From NCBI GenBank assembly GCA_964036045.1, contig OZ038379.1, positions 23,994,001-24,058,000 on the forward strand: a stretch of 64,000 nucleotides of DNA. The letters run 5' to 3'. Below the pieces are notes generated by a model. The model was not told the DNA's origin. It saw only the letters and a program-made list of their open reading frames with translations, and searched no databases. Position 1 is the first letter of the stretch, and each line of letters starts with the position of its first letter. Below are positions 48,485-60,500 of this stretch, piece by piece. Position numbers and translations under genes: made by a program. The stretch is from Eutreptiella sp. 'Long Island Sound 2002'. Its lineage: Eukaryota > Protista > Euglenida.

Positions 48485-48928
48485 CTAAAAGCAGATGGTG
48501 CGAACCATGTAAGGCACAAGGGGGACCCAGGAGTCTAGCCCAGCATGGGCCTGTACCACGAGCACAGGACACCCCAAACAGTCCAGTCCACAACCCCACC
48601 CCAAAACCCGGATACTTGTGACTGGTGCTTGTGCCAGCCGGTCGGGGGGGGGGGGGGTTCCTGCCGGGGGTCAGGGGTCGGGGGGGGGGTTCCTGCCGGG
48701 GGTCGGGGGGGGGTCTGGCCGGGGGGTCAGGGGGGGCGTCCAGCCAGGGGTGAGGAGGGGGGGGTTAGGGTTAGGGTTAAGGGTAGGGTTAGGGTTGGCC
48801 CTAGGGTTAGGGTTAGGGTTAGGGGTTAGGTAGGGGTTAGGAGTTAGGGTTAGGGTCACCGAGCTGGTGGAACCAGTCTTGGTTTTATAACCCTTTTTAG
48901 TGTCTAGGGTGGACCTAACAGGTTTAGC

Positions 48929-48959
<31 letters not shown>

Positions 48960-51900
48960 GCAAGCAAGCAGCACGCGCGAAATGGGCCAAAATCAGAACT
49001 CCGTCGTGGTGCTTTGGATTTGGTTGAAATTTTGGTGCATGATACCTATGGGTGTGAAGTACAATCACACAAAGTTTGAGCAGGAAACTCGACAGTGGCG
49101 GCTGAGAACGGGCGTCGCAAGTGGCGGACCTCAGTTTCAAAAACTGCAGTGTAGGGCCAAAAACAGCCATTTTTGGGCCAAAAAAGCCGTGGAACACATT
49201 CAAAACCGCCAAACGAAGGGAAACGGTGGGTACACTCCACGTGCGGCTTGACTTCCCCGTGTCAACGAGCTCTTTGCGGCCTTCTAACTCCATGATATGT
49301 CCCGGAAACGGCCCAAAAAGGCCCCCAAAAGCTCCAAATGCCGACAGCCACAAACCAAGAATAGGCCATATCTTTGGCTACATGGCTCAAAATGCGATTC
49401 CGAGGGCACCTACTCCACCCGCAACCCCCCACTTTTTGTGGTTTCCACCCCTCAGAATTGCCCAAACGGACGCCTACACCCCAATACCTAGGCCCACTAG
49501 GCTGCAGCAAGCTGCAAGCTCAAGCCCAAACAAGTGGGTGCCCAAATGGGTCAACAGGGTCCAGTAGGGGCAAAAAGATGACTTTTCTCAAAAATGATCC
49601 TACACCATGTGCGACGCTAAAACAAGTGTTTTTGGACCGTTTTGAGCTTGTGGTGGCCCATTATGGTCCTCCGAAAATCCCAAAATGCCTTGAAAATGGG
49701 CTATTTTGGGACCAAAACTGGGTCAAAAATGGGTCAAAAACACATTTTTCCAAATGTCATCCTACACCATTTGGGGTGCACAAACGGGTGAAATGAGCCC
49801 ATTTTGAGCCCATTTTGGGGCATTTTGGCCCCTCACAAGTCCAAAAAGCCTTGAAAGTGGGCCTCGTGGTGATGGGGTTCACTTGCAAGCTAATTTCACT
49901 TTGTCAAGAGCCATGAATGTGTGAATCATTCTTGATGCCCCTCACCAATCATAGTTGATGTTCCCTCCCCCACCAGCTCGGTCCCAATATTTAGTCTTGA
50001 TTAGGGCTAGGGTTGCTGTTAGGGCTTGCAGCCCTCCTGTAGCCCTCCTTCAGGTCAAAAATTTTTCTTGTTGTTTCAACACAAATATGAATTATCTACA
50101 AAATTTTGAGTATTTTGAGTATGAACACATAGTATGAAAAAAAAATTGGCGCCTTCGGCGCCGGACAGTTTTCTCTAGGGACACTTGTTGAGGGCCGACC
50201 CGGCACCACTATCTTTCAAAACCCGGGGGGGGGGGCTGGGGGGGGGTCGCATACAAGGACCCGGCCCGGCTGCCCCCCCGGGGTGCCAGCAGAGAAGGGG
50301 GGCTGTAGGGACTGAGGGGGGCTGCAGGGAGGGTGCAGGGGGTGTAGGGACAATGCAGCGGGGCTGTAGGGGGGGCTGTACAGGAAGGGGGGCGCAGAAG
50401 AGGGCTGTAGGGGGGACTGTGGGAGCGGCTGCAGGGCGGAGGTACAGGGCCTGCAGGGGGGACTGTAGGGGGCAGGGGGGGGGGGCAGAAGAGGGCTGTA
50501 CGGGGGACTGTGGGAGGGGCTGCAGGGCGGAGGTACAGGGGCTGCAGGGGGGGCTGTAGGGGGGCTGTAGAGGAGGTTCCAAGGGGTCTCCAGGGGTCTC
50601 CAGGGGTCTGCAGGGGGGCTGCGGGGGGTTGTATGGTTGTGGGCATATACAATGACATCACATTACAATTGTGCTCGCAATGAATCCAAACTGCCTTCGC
50701 CCACCGGCTGGGGCCCCATCCTGCATGGCAGTGCGTTTGGGTATTGTGTTGCAACTGAACTGCTGCAGCGATGCTCCATTGGGGTGGCGTGACGGAACCC
50801 AGCGACTTTTGTGGTGCAATCCCAAAGGGTAGCCCAAGCCCCTAGCGCCCCTCAAACAGCGTCCTCATTCAGCCCTTATGGCACCCCCTGGCTACCACCG
50901 ATAAATTCATCCGCATCGGGGGAAACTTATGTGACCGAGAACATGGCATAATGACAGGGTACAGGCCATGAAGGCACATGAGCACATGGAGCTGTGCCAA
51001 AGGCCTGGGGCCACACATGACATGCAGCACCTCCGTTTGCCAACGAGGGCCTGGCAGCCGCACGCCATAGCGACCACGACAACACAAAAAGAAAGAGCAG
51101 CAACCCAAGGGTCGGTTGCAGGACACGCTTCATCGGTTTGACGACTCGTGTCTGTTGCGTGACGAGGGGGTCTCGTGAACGTCGCCTGCACAGCGCCCTG
51201 TCGTTTCACTACGCCCCCCCCCCCCCCCTGCGTCGCCATGACGAATGTGCCCGAACTTCGGAGTCCCAGTGTCGCTACGCTGAGGCAAAGCCCTTCTTGA
51301 GACATGCAAGGGCACCCCCACAGTAGGCGAGCCCAACCATCACAGCGCCTGCGCTCCGGATTGTGACGATACCATTGGGATGGCTGATGAACGATTCTTC
51401 TGAATCACCCCCGACCCCACCCCACGCACACACCCTCACTGGGCACTGGCACAGTGGTACGCCTGAGGTCTGTGGGGCCCACGCACTCTCAAATGGGACA
51501 AGGCTGCACTGCCCCCCTCCGAAAGGGGAAGGGGGTGTGAAGAAGCGGATGGCGGAGTTTGGGGCAGGGCTGGGGCCACAGGGGCTGTGCCATTCAACCG
51601 CCTCCGTGCCCGTGGGGATGGGACAGCACCTGATATTGCCTGCACCACCGACAGCGCAGGTGACACTGCCCACAACCCTGGTCCGTCTGTTTCCTTCCAA
51701 GTCTTTGCCAGAGTCGGCAGTGGCAACTCCGTTTCTGCAGAATGTGCCAAGCCCTTATCATTGTTTTCGGCCTTGGAGGCGTTATTACTGACCGACCAAG
51801 ACCCGTTTTGTTTCACATAGCGCAGGTACTTGTCCGGGTCGGACCTCTTTTGGTACAGAACGTGATCATTGTACAACTCGTCCACAGGCACATACACGCC

Positions 51901-54900
51901 GTTGATCACTGACGCATTTGGCCCCTTGGCGCCTGAAAGAGGGAGGGGCAGGGGCAGGGCAGCGAGACACGGCATCGCACTCCGTGTGTGTGTGCCATTG
52001 ATCAGGGGGGGGTCTCTCCGCCCGGCGTTTGGGGCTCCGTCCCGCACGGCCTCCCGCTGCCTTTGGGGCGTGCGTTTCACTTCAACGGCTGCAGTGCCCC
52101 TCCGTTTGGGCGGCGTGACGTGACCCCGGGCCTGTGGTGGTGCTCAGCCCCTGGAAGCGCTGCGATTCGGGAATGCCCTGCTGTCGCTCGGGGGCCGGGC
52201 AGGTACTCTGGCGGTCACGTCATATGGACCCGATCCGCCCAGTGGCAGCCCCCGTGACCTGACGTGTATCAGTACTTGGGAGGGTGCTCGGGGGGGGGGG
52301 GGGGGCTCGGCAGGTTTCCCCGTATCGGTACCGGTCCAGCCTTCCATCGTGAGGGCGGCAGTGCCCTCCCCCCCCCGCCCACCGCCAGCAACGCGTCGCA
52401 GCGTTCAATGAGGTGTGCTGGTGGTAGGGCCCTACAGAAACGCAAAGCCCAAAAAAGCCTTCGTCATGTCTGGACTCTGCTGCATCGATGACTCCCTCCG
52501 CCTCAGGCCCATTGATGTGAGCAATGCCCCGCGCACTGCCTGGGGATCGGACGTCAATATCCTGACCACAAAACCACGGCGCATTGCGTTGCAAGTGTGA
52601 CCAAACTCGACCCGTGACCAAATGGTATGTGACAAAGATGGGCCACATGGTGACGGGCGCGGACCACATGTTCTGGGAACTGCCAAAAGATGGCGCCGGA
52701 TACACAATGCTGAGCACACGACACCGCACATGCCGTGCAATGCACACGGTACGCAGTGGAATGCCTTGCGATGTGTAGACCATTGTTCACATGTATGCAC
52801 CCCCCTCCCCGGCCGCATGATCACGTGTATGTGACACGCCCCCCTGTAAGGCATGTTGACCCTAAGTCCATGGAATCCACTGACTGCTTACCCCTCTCGG
52901 GTACACAGCACGTACGAGGCGCACAGCTCGCAGGCCACATCTCTCTGGGACATCTGTTATACGCCAACGCGGAGCAAATTCGCACTTTTTCGGGGGTTTC
53001 TCAAGTTTTGATCCCATGCACCAAAAATACGTTCCCCAAGGGGGGGGGGGGGGTAGGTGGTCACATGTTTGAGCACAGAGCTGCAAATGGGATGATGCAC
53101 AGGATGGAGCAATGCTCAATGGACCAGCGAATAGACTGAATCCAAGTCATCCAAGTCAACGGCAAATGCACCTCGCCAGAAATTCGGGCTGGGAAACCTT
53201 GTGGGGGTGCTCTTTGTGATCCCAAAAATGGGCTGCAAAAGCAGTGGCCTCAGCAGTGGATAAAATCTGGTGTTCCTTGTGGGGGCATGCAGGTTGCTGT
53301 GAACCGGTTGTACGAGGCTTTTTGGCCTGCCTGCCAGGCTCCTGGGTCACCTTCACCCAATCTGCGTCCCCAGAGCGTGCTCTTTTGCGCACCAAAAGTT
53401 TCTGTGGCGCATCGGGTGAAGCAACAGCGTGAATTTGTATGCGGACATGGTAGCTGCCTGTTGACAAAAAGAGGCAGCAAGCAACACAGGCACTGTCCAA
53501 AACGGACGAAAACCTCAAACATATCGTCAGCACAGCATGCAGACCCAGGGTGTTCCAAATAGCCCTTTTTAATGGCTTTCCCACTACACCACACATAACC
53601 CCCCCCCCTGTGGGACACTCAGGGGGCACAAATGAGGCAACAACGGCACCAACCCCTGAAAAAGCTCCGTGTTGGCGTAAAATCCGACGACCCCAAGAGA
53701 TATGTAGTGCCGCTCAGCCGCTCAACCGCCACCATTTTGGAGGTCCCCCCTCCACAAATCCCTGTGGCACATCTTCTGGAGAATGACATCAGGAGCTCAA
53801 ACACATCCTTCCAATGGGATGTAAGGGGCACCGCTCATTTCCTGAACAGCACGACCAGCCTCACGGCCCCACTCACACAGCGGCAGCAGGGGTCCTGTGC
53901 ATCCCTCAGGAACACCTGCCGACCCCCCCCCCCCCCAGCGGTGCATGCATGTAGCATCATGTCAGGGTACAGGCCGTGGAGGAGGGACAGGCCGTGCCAC
54001 AGGCCTGGGGCCACACACACACACACACACACACACACATGACATGCAGCACCTCCGCTTGCCAACGAGGGCCTGGCGGCCGCACGCCATGGCGGCCACG
54101 ACAACGCACAAAGGAAGAGCCACAGAACAAAGACGCAAATGGGTCGCTTGCAGGACACGCTTCATCGACGTGACGACTGGTGTCTGGTGCCCGTGGGGGG
54201 GCGGACTACAACCGGTCCTGATGCGAGACCTCCCCCAGCTATCTGTCAAAACTTGCGGGGGGGGGGGGGGGGGTCGGCGGGAGGGTGGGGGGGGGGGGGG
54301 GGGGGGGCTGCACGCAACCCACTACCACCACATGCATACCTCAAGGGGGTGTGTGTGTCTGGGGCATGGGGGTATGGAGGTATGTATGGGATAATAGCCA
54401 TAGTCTTTGCCAGGAAGAAAGTCTTAAGGGTCGTAAGGACGAAAGGCATAGTACCCCTCTCAACTGAGCATGGGACAAAAAATGGCACCCACACCGCTAT
54501 CTTTCAAAACGCGGGGGGTGGGGGGGGGGTGGGGTGTGTCGCAGGACCGGGCCCGGCCGCCCCCCCCCCCGGGGTCTGGTGCGTGACGAGGGAGTCTCGT
54601 GAACGTCGCCTGCACAGCGCCCTGTCGTGTCAGTACGCCGGTCCCCCCTTATACGTCGCCGTGACAAAAGGCCCATTTATGTCACCAATGCCCGTGCCTG
54701 GGGATTGGACGTCAGTATCCTGACCACAAAACCACGGCGCATGCCGTGCAATGCACACGGTACGCAGTGGAATACCTTGCGTTCTGTAGACCATTGTTCA
54801 CATGTATGCACCCCCCCCACCCACCCCCCAACCACGTGTATGTGCACACCCCCCTTCAAGGTATGTTGACCCCCGTCCCAAAAAAATATGTGTATGGCCC

Positions 54901-57547
54901 CCCCGCCCAGGCCATATGTAGTACCGCTCAGGCATCAACCGCCAAGGTTTTAAAGGGTTCCCTCCACAAAACCCTGTGGCACATCTTCTGGAGAATGACA
55001 TCAGGAGCTCAAACGCATCCTTCCAATGGGATGTGAGGGGCACCGCTCACAAGGCACACGGTTTCCTGAACAGCACGACCAGCCTCACCAGCTCGACCAG
55101 CCGCATGCCATAGCGACCACGACAACACAAAAAGAAAGAGCAGCAACCCAAGGGTCATTTGCAGGACACGCTTCATCGGTTTGACGACTCGTGTCTGGTG
55201 CGTGACGAGGGGGTCTCGTGAACGTCGCCTGCACAGCGCCCCGTCGTTTCACTACGCCCCCCCCCCCCTGCGTCGCCATGACGAATGTGCCCGAACTTCG
55301 GAGTCCCAGTGTCGCTGCGCTGAGGCAAAGCCCTTCTTGAGACATGCAAGGGCACCCCCACAGTAGGCGAGCCCAACCACCACAGCGCCTGCGCTCCGGA
55401 TTGTGACGATACCATTGGGATGGCTGATGAACGATTCTTCTGAATCACCCCCGGCCCCACCCCACGCACACACCCTCACTGGGCACTGGCACAGTGGTAC
55501 GCCTGAGGTCTGTGGGGCCCGCGCACTCTCAAATGGGACAAGGCTGCACTGCCCCCCTCCGAAAGGGGAAGGGGGTGTGAAGAAGCGGATGGCGGAGTTT
55601 GGGGCAGGGCTGGGGCCACAGGGGCTGTGCCATTCAACCGCCTCCGTGCCCGTGGGGATGGGACAGCACCTGATATTACAACGGCCGTGGCCTGTACCAC
55701 CGACATCGCAGGTGATACCGCAAATATCGTTCCGTCTGCTTCCTTCCACGTCTTTGCCAGAGTCGGCAGTGGCAAAAACGTTTCTGCACAATGTGCCTTG
55801 CCCGTTTTGTTGTTTGCGTCCTTGTCGGTGCTACGACTGACCGACCAATAGCCGTTTTGTTTCACATAGCGCAGGTACCAGTCCGGGTCAGATCTCTTTT
55901 GGTACAGAACATGATCATTGTACACCTCGTCCACAGGCACATACACGCCGTTGATCACTGACGCATTTGGCCCCTTGGCGCCTGAAAGAGGGAGGGGCAG
56001 GGGCAGGGCAGCGAGACACGGCATCGCACTCCGTGTGTGTGTGCCATTGATCAGGGGGGGGTCTCTCCGCCCGGCGTTTGGGGCTCCGTCCCGCACGGCC
56101 TCCCGCTGCCTTTGGGGCGTGCGTTTCACTTCAACGGCTGCAGTGCCCCTCCGTTTGGGCGGCGTGACGTGACCCCGGGCCTGTGGTGGTGCTCAGCCCC
56201 TGGAAGCGCTGCGATTCGGGAATGCCCTGCTGTCGCTCGGGGGCCGGGCAGGTACTCTGGCGGTCACGTCACATGGACCCGATCCGCCCAGTGGCAGCCC
56301 CCGTGACCTGACGTGTATCAGTACTTGGGAGGGTGCGCGGGGGGGGGGGGGGGTCGGCAGGTTTCCCCGTATCGTTACCGGTCCAGCCTTCCATCGCGAG
56401 GGCGGCGGTGCCCTCTCCCCCCCCCCACCCACCGCCAGCAACGCGTCACAGCGTTCAATGAGGTGTGCTGGTGGAAGGGCCCTACAGAAACGCAAACCCA
56501 AAAAGCCTTCGAGATGCACAGCTCGCACACCATATGTAGTACCGCTCAGCTTTCGCCGCCAGCGTTTGGGAGGTCCCCCTCCACAAAACCCTGTGGCACA
56601 TGTTCTGTAAGGGGGGCACCGCTCACGAGGCACACGGTTTCCTGAACAGCACAACGAGCCCCACGGCCCCACTCACACAGCGGCAGCAGGGGTCCTGTGC
56701 ATCCCTCAGGAACACCTGCCGAGCCCCCCCCCCCCCCCCCCCGGCGGTGCATGCATGCAGCATCATGTCAGGGTACAGGCCGTGGAGGAGGGACAGGCCG
56801 TGCCACAGGCCTGGGGCCACACACACACACACACACACATACGACATGCAGCACCTCCGTTTGCCAACGAGGGCCTGGCAGCCACACGCCATGGCGACCA
56901 CGACAACGCACAAAGGAAGAGCACCAACACAAGGGTCGGTTGCAGGACATGTGTCTGTTGCTTCACGACATGCGGGAACCCGAACACTGATGACCCAGCC
57001 CAACCACCAAAAGACCCCAGGGGCAGATGCGGGGCTGCAGTGACAACACACCGCCACGCTGACATACAGCCCATCTCTAGTCCACCAATCAACCCCACCG
57101 CCCTGTGGTCTGGTCATTGGGCCCCAAATGGCGCTGTCTGCGGCAGAGTCGGGTGTTCAAAGGAAAAAGGCCCACCGTCCGGTACACCCCACCGCAAGAC
57201 GTTGAAGATAGTTGACACTTGGTACAAAAAAGACAGTGGCTGTAGGTCCACAAATGGCAGTTTGCGGGTAACCGACAGCTGCCGGTTAACCGGCGGCGGT
57301 TTGCAAATACCCAGCGTCAGGCCATCGTCCGTGGCTGGGTAAGCGTTGGCGCTGTGGCGAAAATTGTTAAAACCCCGAAAAAAAAAGAAAATGCCATGGA
57401 TTGCGGCACCGGCTGAGGAAGAATGGGGTATATGTTCTGGCGAGTCTGGGTTGCTGTCTGCGTCTGCGGAGGCGGCACCTGTGATCACAACGCATTCCGT
57501 CGGATCCACCAGCGGCATGCTCTCACCGTGTAAGAGGCATTCGGGTG
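45483..57547 (-). CDS. Inferred spliced gene: [small exon]-[variable repeat domain]x2-kinase-RBR-like; 5' end not found
   Basis: Exons 57547-57479 (69 nt), 55981-55670 (312 nt), 51932-51630 (303 nt) and 48484-45483 all have phase-1 boundaries and GT-AG introns. The joins read VVIT-G-AKGPNASVINGVYVP..., VVIS-G-AKGPNAS... and IS-G-EPMQ...IPGGYVPASE, the last echoing INGVYVPVDE. Confidence 0.6.
48765..48855 (+). repeat. Interstitial telomere-like (TTAGGG)n tract, degenerate
   Basis: About 14 perfect or variant TTAGGG units, preceded by G-run repeats (gggggttcctgccggggg) at ~48645-48730. Confidence 0.85.
48900..49900 (+). repeat. Interspersed non-coding repeat element (caagcaagc head), intronic
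   Basis: Microsatellite head at 48928-48972; related to 22985-23300; no credible ORF. Confidence 0.5.
50290..50630. repeat. G-rich degenerate tandem repeat (gggggctg(c/t)aggg)
   Basis: Recurrent ggggctgtag / ggggctgcag units separated by G runs. Confidence 0.65.
51055..52463. repeat. Segmental duplication unit A (paralogous to 55097-56511)
   Basis: Near-identical flanks around a diverged exon; offset ~4040-4049 bp. Confidence 0.92.
51630..51932 (-). CDS. Repeat-domain exon A (unnamed ~100-aa, probably beta-rich domain)
   Basis: Acceptor ccctctttcAG|GC; donor TCA G|GTGCTG; 303 nt, no stops: AKGPNASVINGVYVPVDELYNDHVLYQKRSDPDKYLRYVKQNGSWSVS...WKETDGPGLWAVSPALSVVQAIS. Confidence 0.75.
55097..56511. 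repeat. Segmental duplication unit B (paralogous to 51055-52463)
   Basis: About 6 substitutions in ~500 bp on one side of the exon and about 2 in ~350 bp on the other, relative to unit A. Confidence 0.92.
55670..55981 (-). CDS. Repeat-domain exon B (paralog of exon A)
   Basis: Same splice sites as exon A; 312 nt, no stops: AKGPNASVINGVYVPVDEVYNDHVLYQKRSDPDWYLRYVKQNGYWSVSRSTDKDANNKTGKAHC...IFAVSPAMSVVQATAVVIS. Confidence 0.75.
57479..57547 (-). CDS. Small phase 1-1 exon supplying the first strand (VVITG) of the repeat domain
   Basis: Acceptor tgtcctcctcaAG|CA; donor ACA G|GTGCCG; encodes (A)PECLLHGESMPLVDPTECVVIT(G). Confidence 0.55.
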
Positions 57548-60500
57548 CTTGAGGAGGACAAAGGCACACACAGAAACGGGGCCTGAAAGGCGGCACCATT
57601 CGTAGGAGCACAGGGCACGTGTCCAGGCTCAGGCACAGTCCTGTGGGCTGTGTGCAGCCCTGGACCCTCGGCTGCCGTTATGCTGCCGTCGTCCTAGCAA
57701 CCCCCGCCCCCCGCCCCCCTTATCCCACACACAGGTCCATAGGCCTTCAACACTGTGTCTGCTGCAAAAGGCAGGCACCTGCATTGAGACATTGTTTCCA
57801 GTGCCCCCACACCTCACACCGGGGCCTGTGAAACATATGCTGTGTTCTCGCCCCCACCGCCAATTTGCACCACAACACCGGGCACAGGGGGGCGCTTCAG
57901 CTCAGTTCCAGACCCCAACCCCTGCAGCGTGGCCAAAGGGGTCCAGAGGGAATGAAATGTCGGATACATAGCTACCATGTGCCCCCGCGTCACAGGCATT
58001 CGGTCATCGCCAATCAGTTCTGAATGCTGCCGTGAGTTCGCCATCTGGCGATCGAATGTTTCATCGTCTGGTCGGGTGAGAGGTGTGGTCGCTTGTCAGG
58101 AGAGGGGTCCAAAGGGGAAGGGTTCAAAAATTTCTCAGGTTTTTGGGGCATTTTTGAATTCCACGTGTCATTCTGAGCATTTTGAATGGACGCAAGTCGG
58201 GCAAAAATTTCTGTTACCATTCATCAAAAATGAATAATGGTATTGTATTCTGGCAGGCGCACAATTGGACAAGCAAAGGCATCACAAGCACCAAGGTAAG
58301 ACACAAGGCAACATGGACGACTGCAATTTGATACATCCCATTGTTTGCATGTGGTCCTTGTCCCCTCCACCGTCCATCCATATGCACAACTACATATATA
58401 AAGACATATGAATGTATGTTTATGAACAACGAAGTGAGGCACCGAAAAAAATGTTTGGCAATGCCATACACCAGCCTACACTACATGTGTCGATCTATTA
58501 TCATTCACTTGAGTTACGCAAAACTCAACAAAAACTATTCCCCGGAGAGAAAAATTTCAAACTCAAGACGCAACAAGGAAGGATGCCCAATTGACCACAG
58601 ACTGCGCAGGTGGTTTTGCTGAAGCAAACAGGTATCCACCGGGTACCATATTGCACTGCTGGATGTTGTACAGTCTTGCCGCACATCCCAGACAAGTGAC
58701 CCTCAGATGCACGCAGCATCGCAGTGCAGCCCCCCCCCCCCCTGTAGCTCTCGTAAACCCTCTCAATGTCCACAGGGATTTCTTTGGGGGGGGGGGGTGG
58801 CGGACGGGGGGGGGGGGGGGGCAAACGCCTCGGTCGTGCCTCCGCATGACTTTTCACCCGGTGTCCGCATCGTTCTTTGGCGGGTCCACACCGACGGGAG
58901 GCGGGACAACAGCCGTGGATCACAGGGCTGAGGGTCGGTGGGTGACGGGCAGCGGGTCCTGGCGACCAATGTCACCCACTTTGTCAGGAAGGACCAGCAC
59001 TTGTCAGGAAGGCTAAAGATACGTGGCGTGCCGTCGCCCGCCATTCATTGATGCCCCCCCTCCCCCAAACATCGGTCACGGGCTTCAAGTTCTCGGCTGG
59101 GAATCCATGGAAATGGTGTGCCGTCGTCTTGGTGTTGCGTGTTGCAGGACACGGGATCAAGCACTGGCTCAATGAAATCAACAAAAAATCAACTGCACCA
59201 CTATTTCAGAACTAGCCAGCGACCGTTGTTGGCGCTCTTGAGTTTTGCTATTGGAAACAGGAGGCATACTGGAGACCTTGAGCCCAGCTCCCAAACCCTG
59301 GTCCCACGCATGCGATGTGACTTTGTTCCGTGCGATTTTATTTTTTGCGCGATTTCATTTTTTGCCTGCGTCAAATACAACATGGGCCACACCGTTCTTC
59401 CTCTCCTTGCTGAGGCTAGTGATAATGACAGTCTTGGGGCAGGGGGGAAGACTCTGCTGATTGGGGCCGATGGGGCTCTGGGCAAAGGGTTCTCTGAGAG
59501 GAGGGCAAACAATGCGGGTGCCACAGCACATGACGTGCGAAGAAGGAGTGCGGGCTTCCTCTGTCTTCTTGGCATGTTTGCTGGGCGTTGGGCAGAGGGG
59601 AATCAAGTGTGCGACTTTGGGGGCGTTTTCGCACAGCGCAGGGACAGCGCGGGCACAGCGCCAATTATTACGTTGTTTATTCCAGGAACACCCCCTGCAC
59701 ACCACCCCCCCTACAGAAGCGTGCATGATCCATTCAAAACAGCCTCGGGGGTGCTGAGTTCAGGACCCTGGGACCCGTGGCTACCGGCGGTGGAAAACAG
59801 CCGACTTTTTGCACAGCGTGCGGTGTGCCCCCTTTCTTGCCCCCGGGTGTCATGCAATCCTGCATGCGTGACTGTGTTTTGTTTGCGGGGTTGTGACTGG
59901 GGCGGGGTTTATCTCATTTTGTGGACTGTGGCACGAACCGATGGCATACAGCCTCATGGGGCCGTCTCAATGGGGAAAGCAACTTCAGGGTGCACTTGGT
60001 CCCACGTTCTGGGTCCATATTGGGGTACCCCTGGCGTCAAAGAGACACATGGCCGCATGAGCCCTGCTGGATTGGGGGGCCCAAAGCGGGCGATTCTCGT
60101 CCCGCGAACAGAAAAGGCCTCAAGGGGATGATGCACGAAGTAGACGTGACACGCTGCTACACGGGCTCTATGTGGGCATGCCTTTGTGGTGTCGGACCCC
60201 CCCCCCCCAAAGCCACGCCCCCCCACCGGCCCATGTCACATCCTCACCTAATGACCCACAACATACCACATCAACCCTCAGTCAAGATATACACCAACAT
60301 CCAACCCCATCCCCGGCACTGCACTCCCACCGCGCGGGGGGCCATGAGGCATGTAGCACTTGGGGAGTTTTTGGGTCCCCACTCCGTAGGGTTTTGTGCG
60401 GACAGAGTGGGACGAGTATTTCTAACCTCCACGGCTGCCCAGGGGCGCGTGACCTCACCGTGGTGTGGGGGTGAAACCGGGGGGGGGTCCCCCCCGGGCT

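Noticed and set aside
48485-48599. N-terminal extension of the 1038-aa ORF (GTG start)
   Set aside because: It starts at GTG and ends in a pyrimidine-rich AG at 48486-48485, so it is better explained as intron sequence that happens to be open.
51380-51420. Hammerhead ribozyme core (CTGATGA) in the duplicated intron; also at ~8985 and ~56985
   Set aside because: No matching GAAA core or stems at the right spacing.
3815-57547. Euglenid-type non-canonical (non GT-AG) introns
   Set aside because: Every junction needed for the gene models is conventional GT-AG; no evidence for non-canonical introns here.
59393-59694. Possible further upstream exon (GCSWNKQRNNWRC, faintly AP2-like) with a phase-1 donor at 59392
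   Set aside because: The phase fits the kinase-RBR gene, but the acceptor is weak, the motif match is too short and there is no other support; left unannotated.
59118-60131. 337-aa plus-strand ORF
   Set aside because: No recognisable domain, non-ATG start and a composition like the surrounding non-coding DNA.
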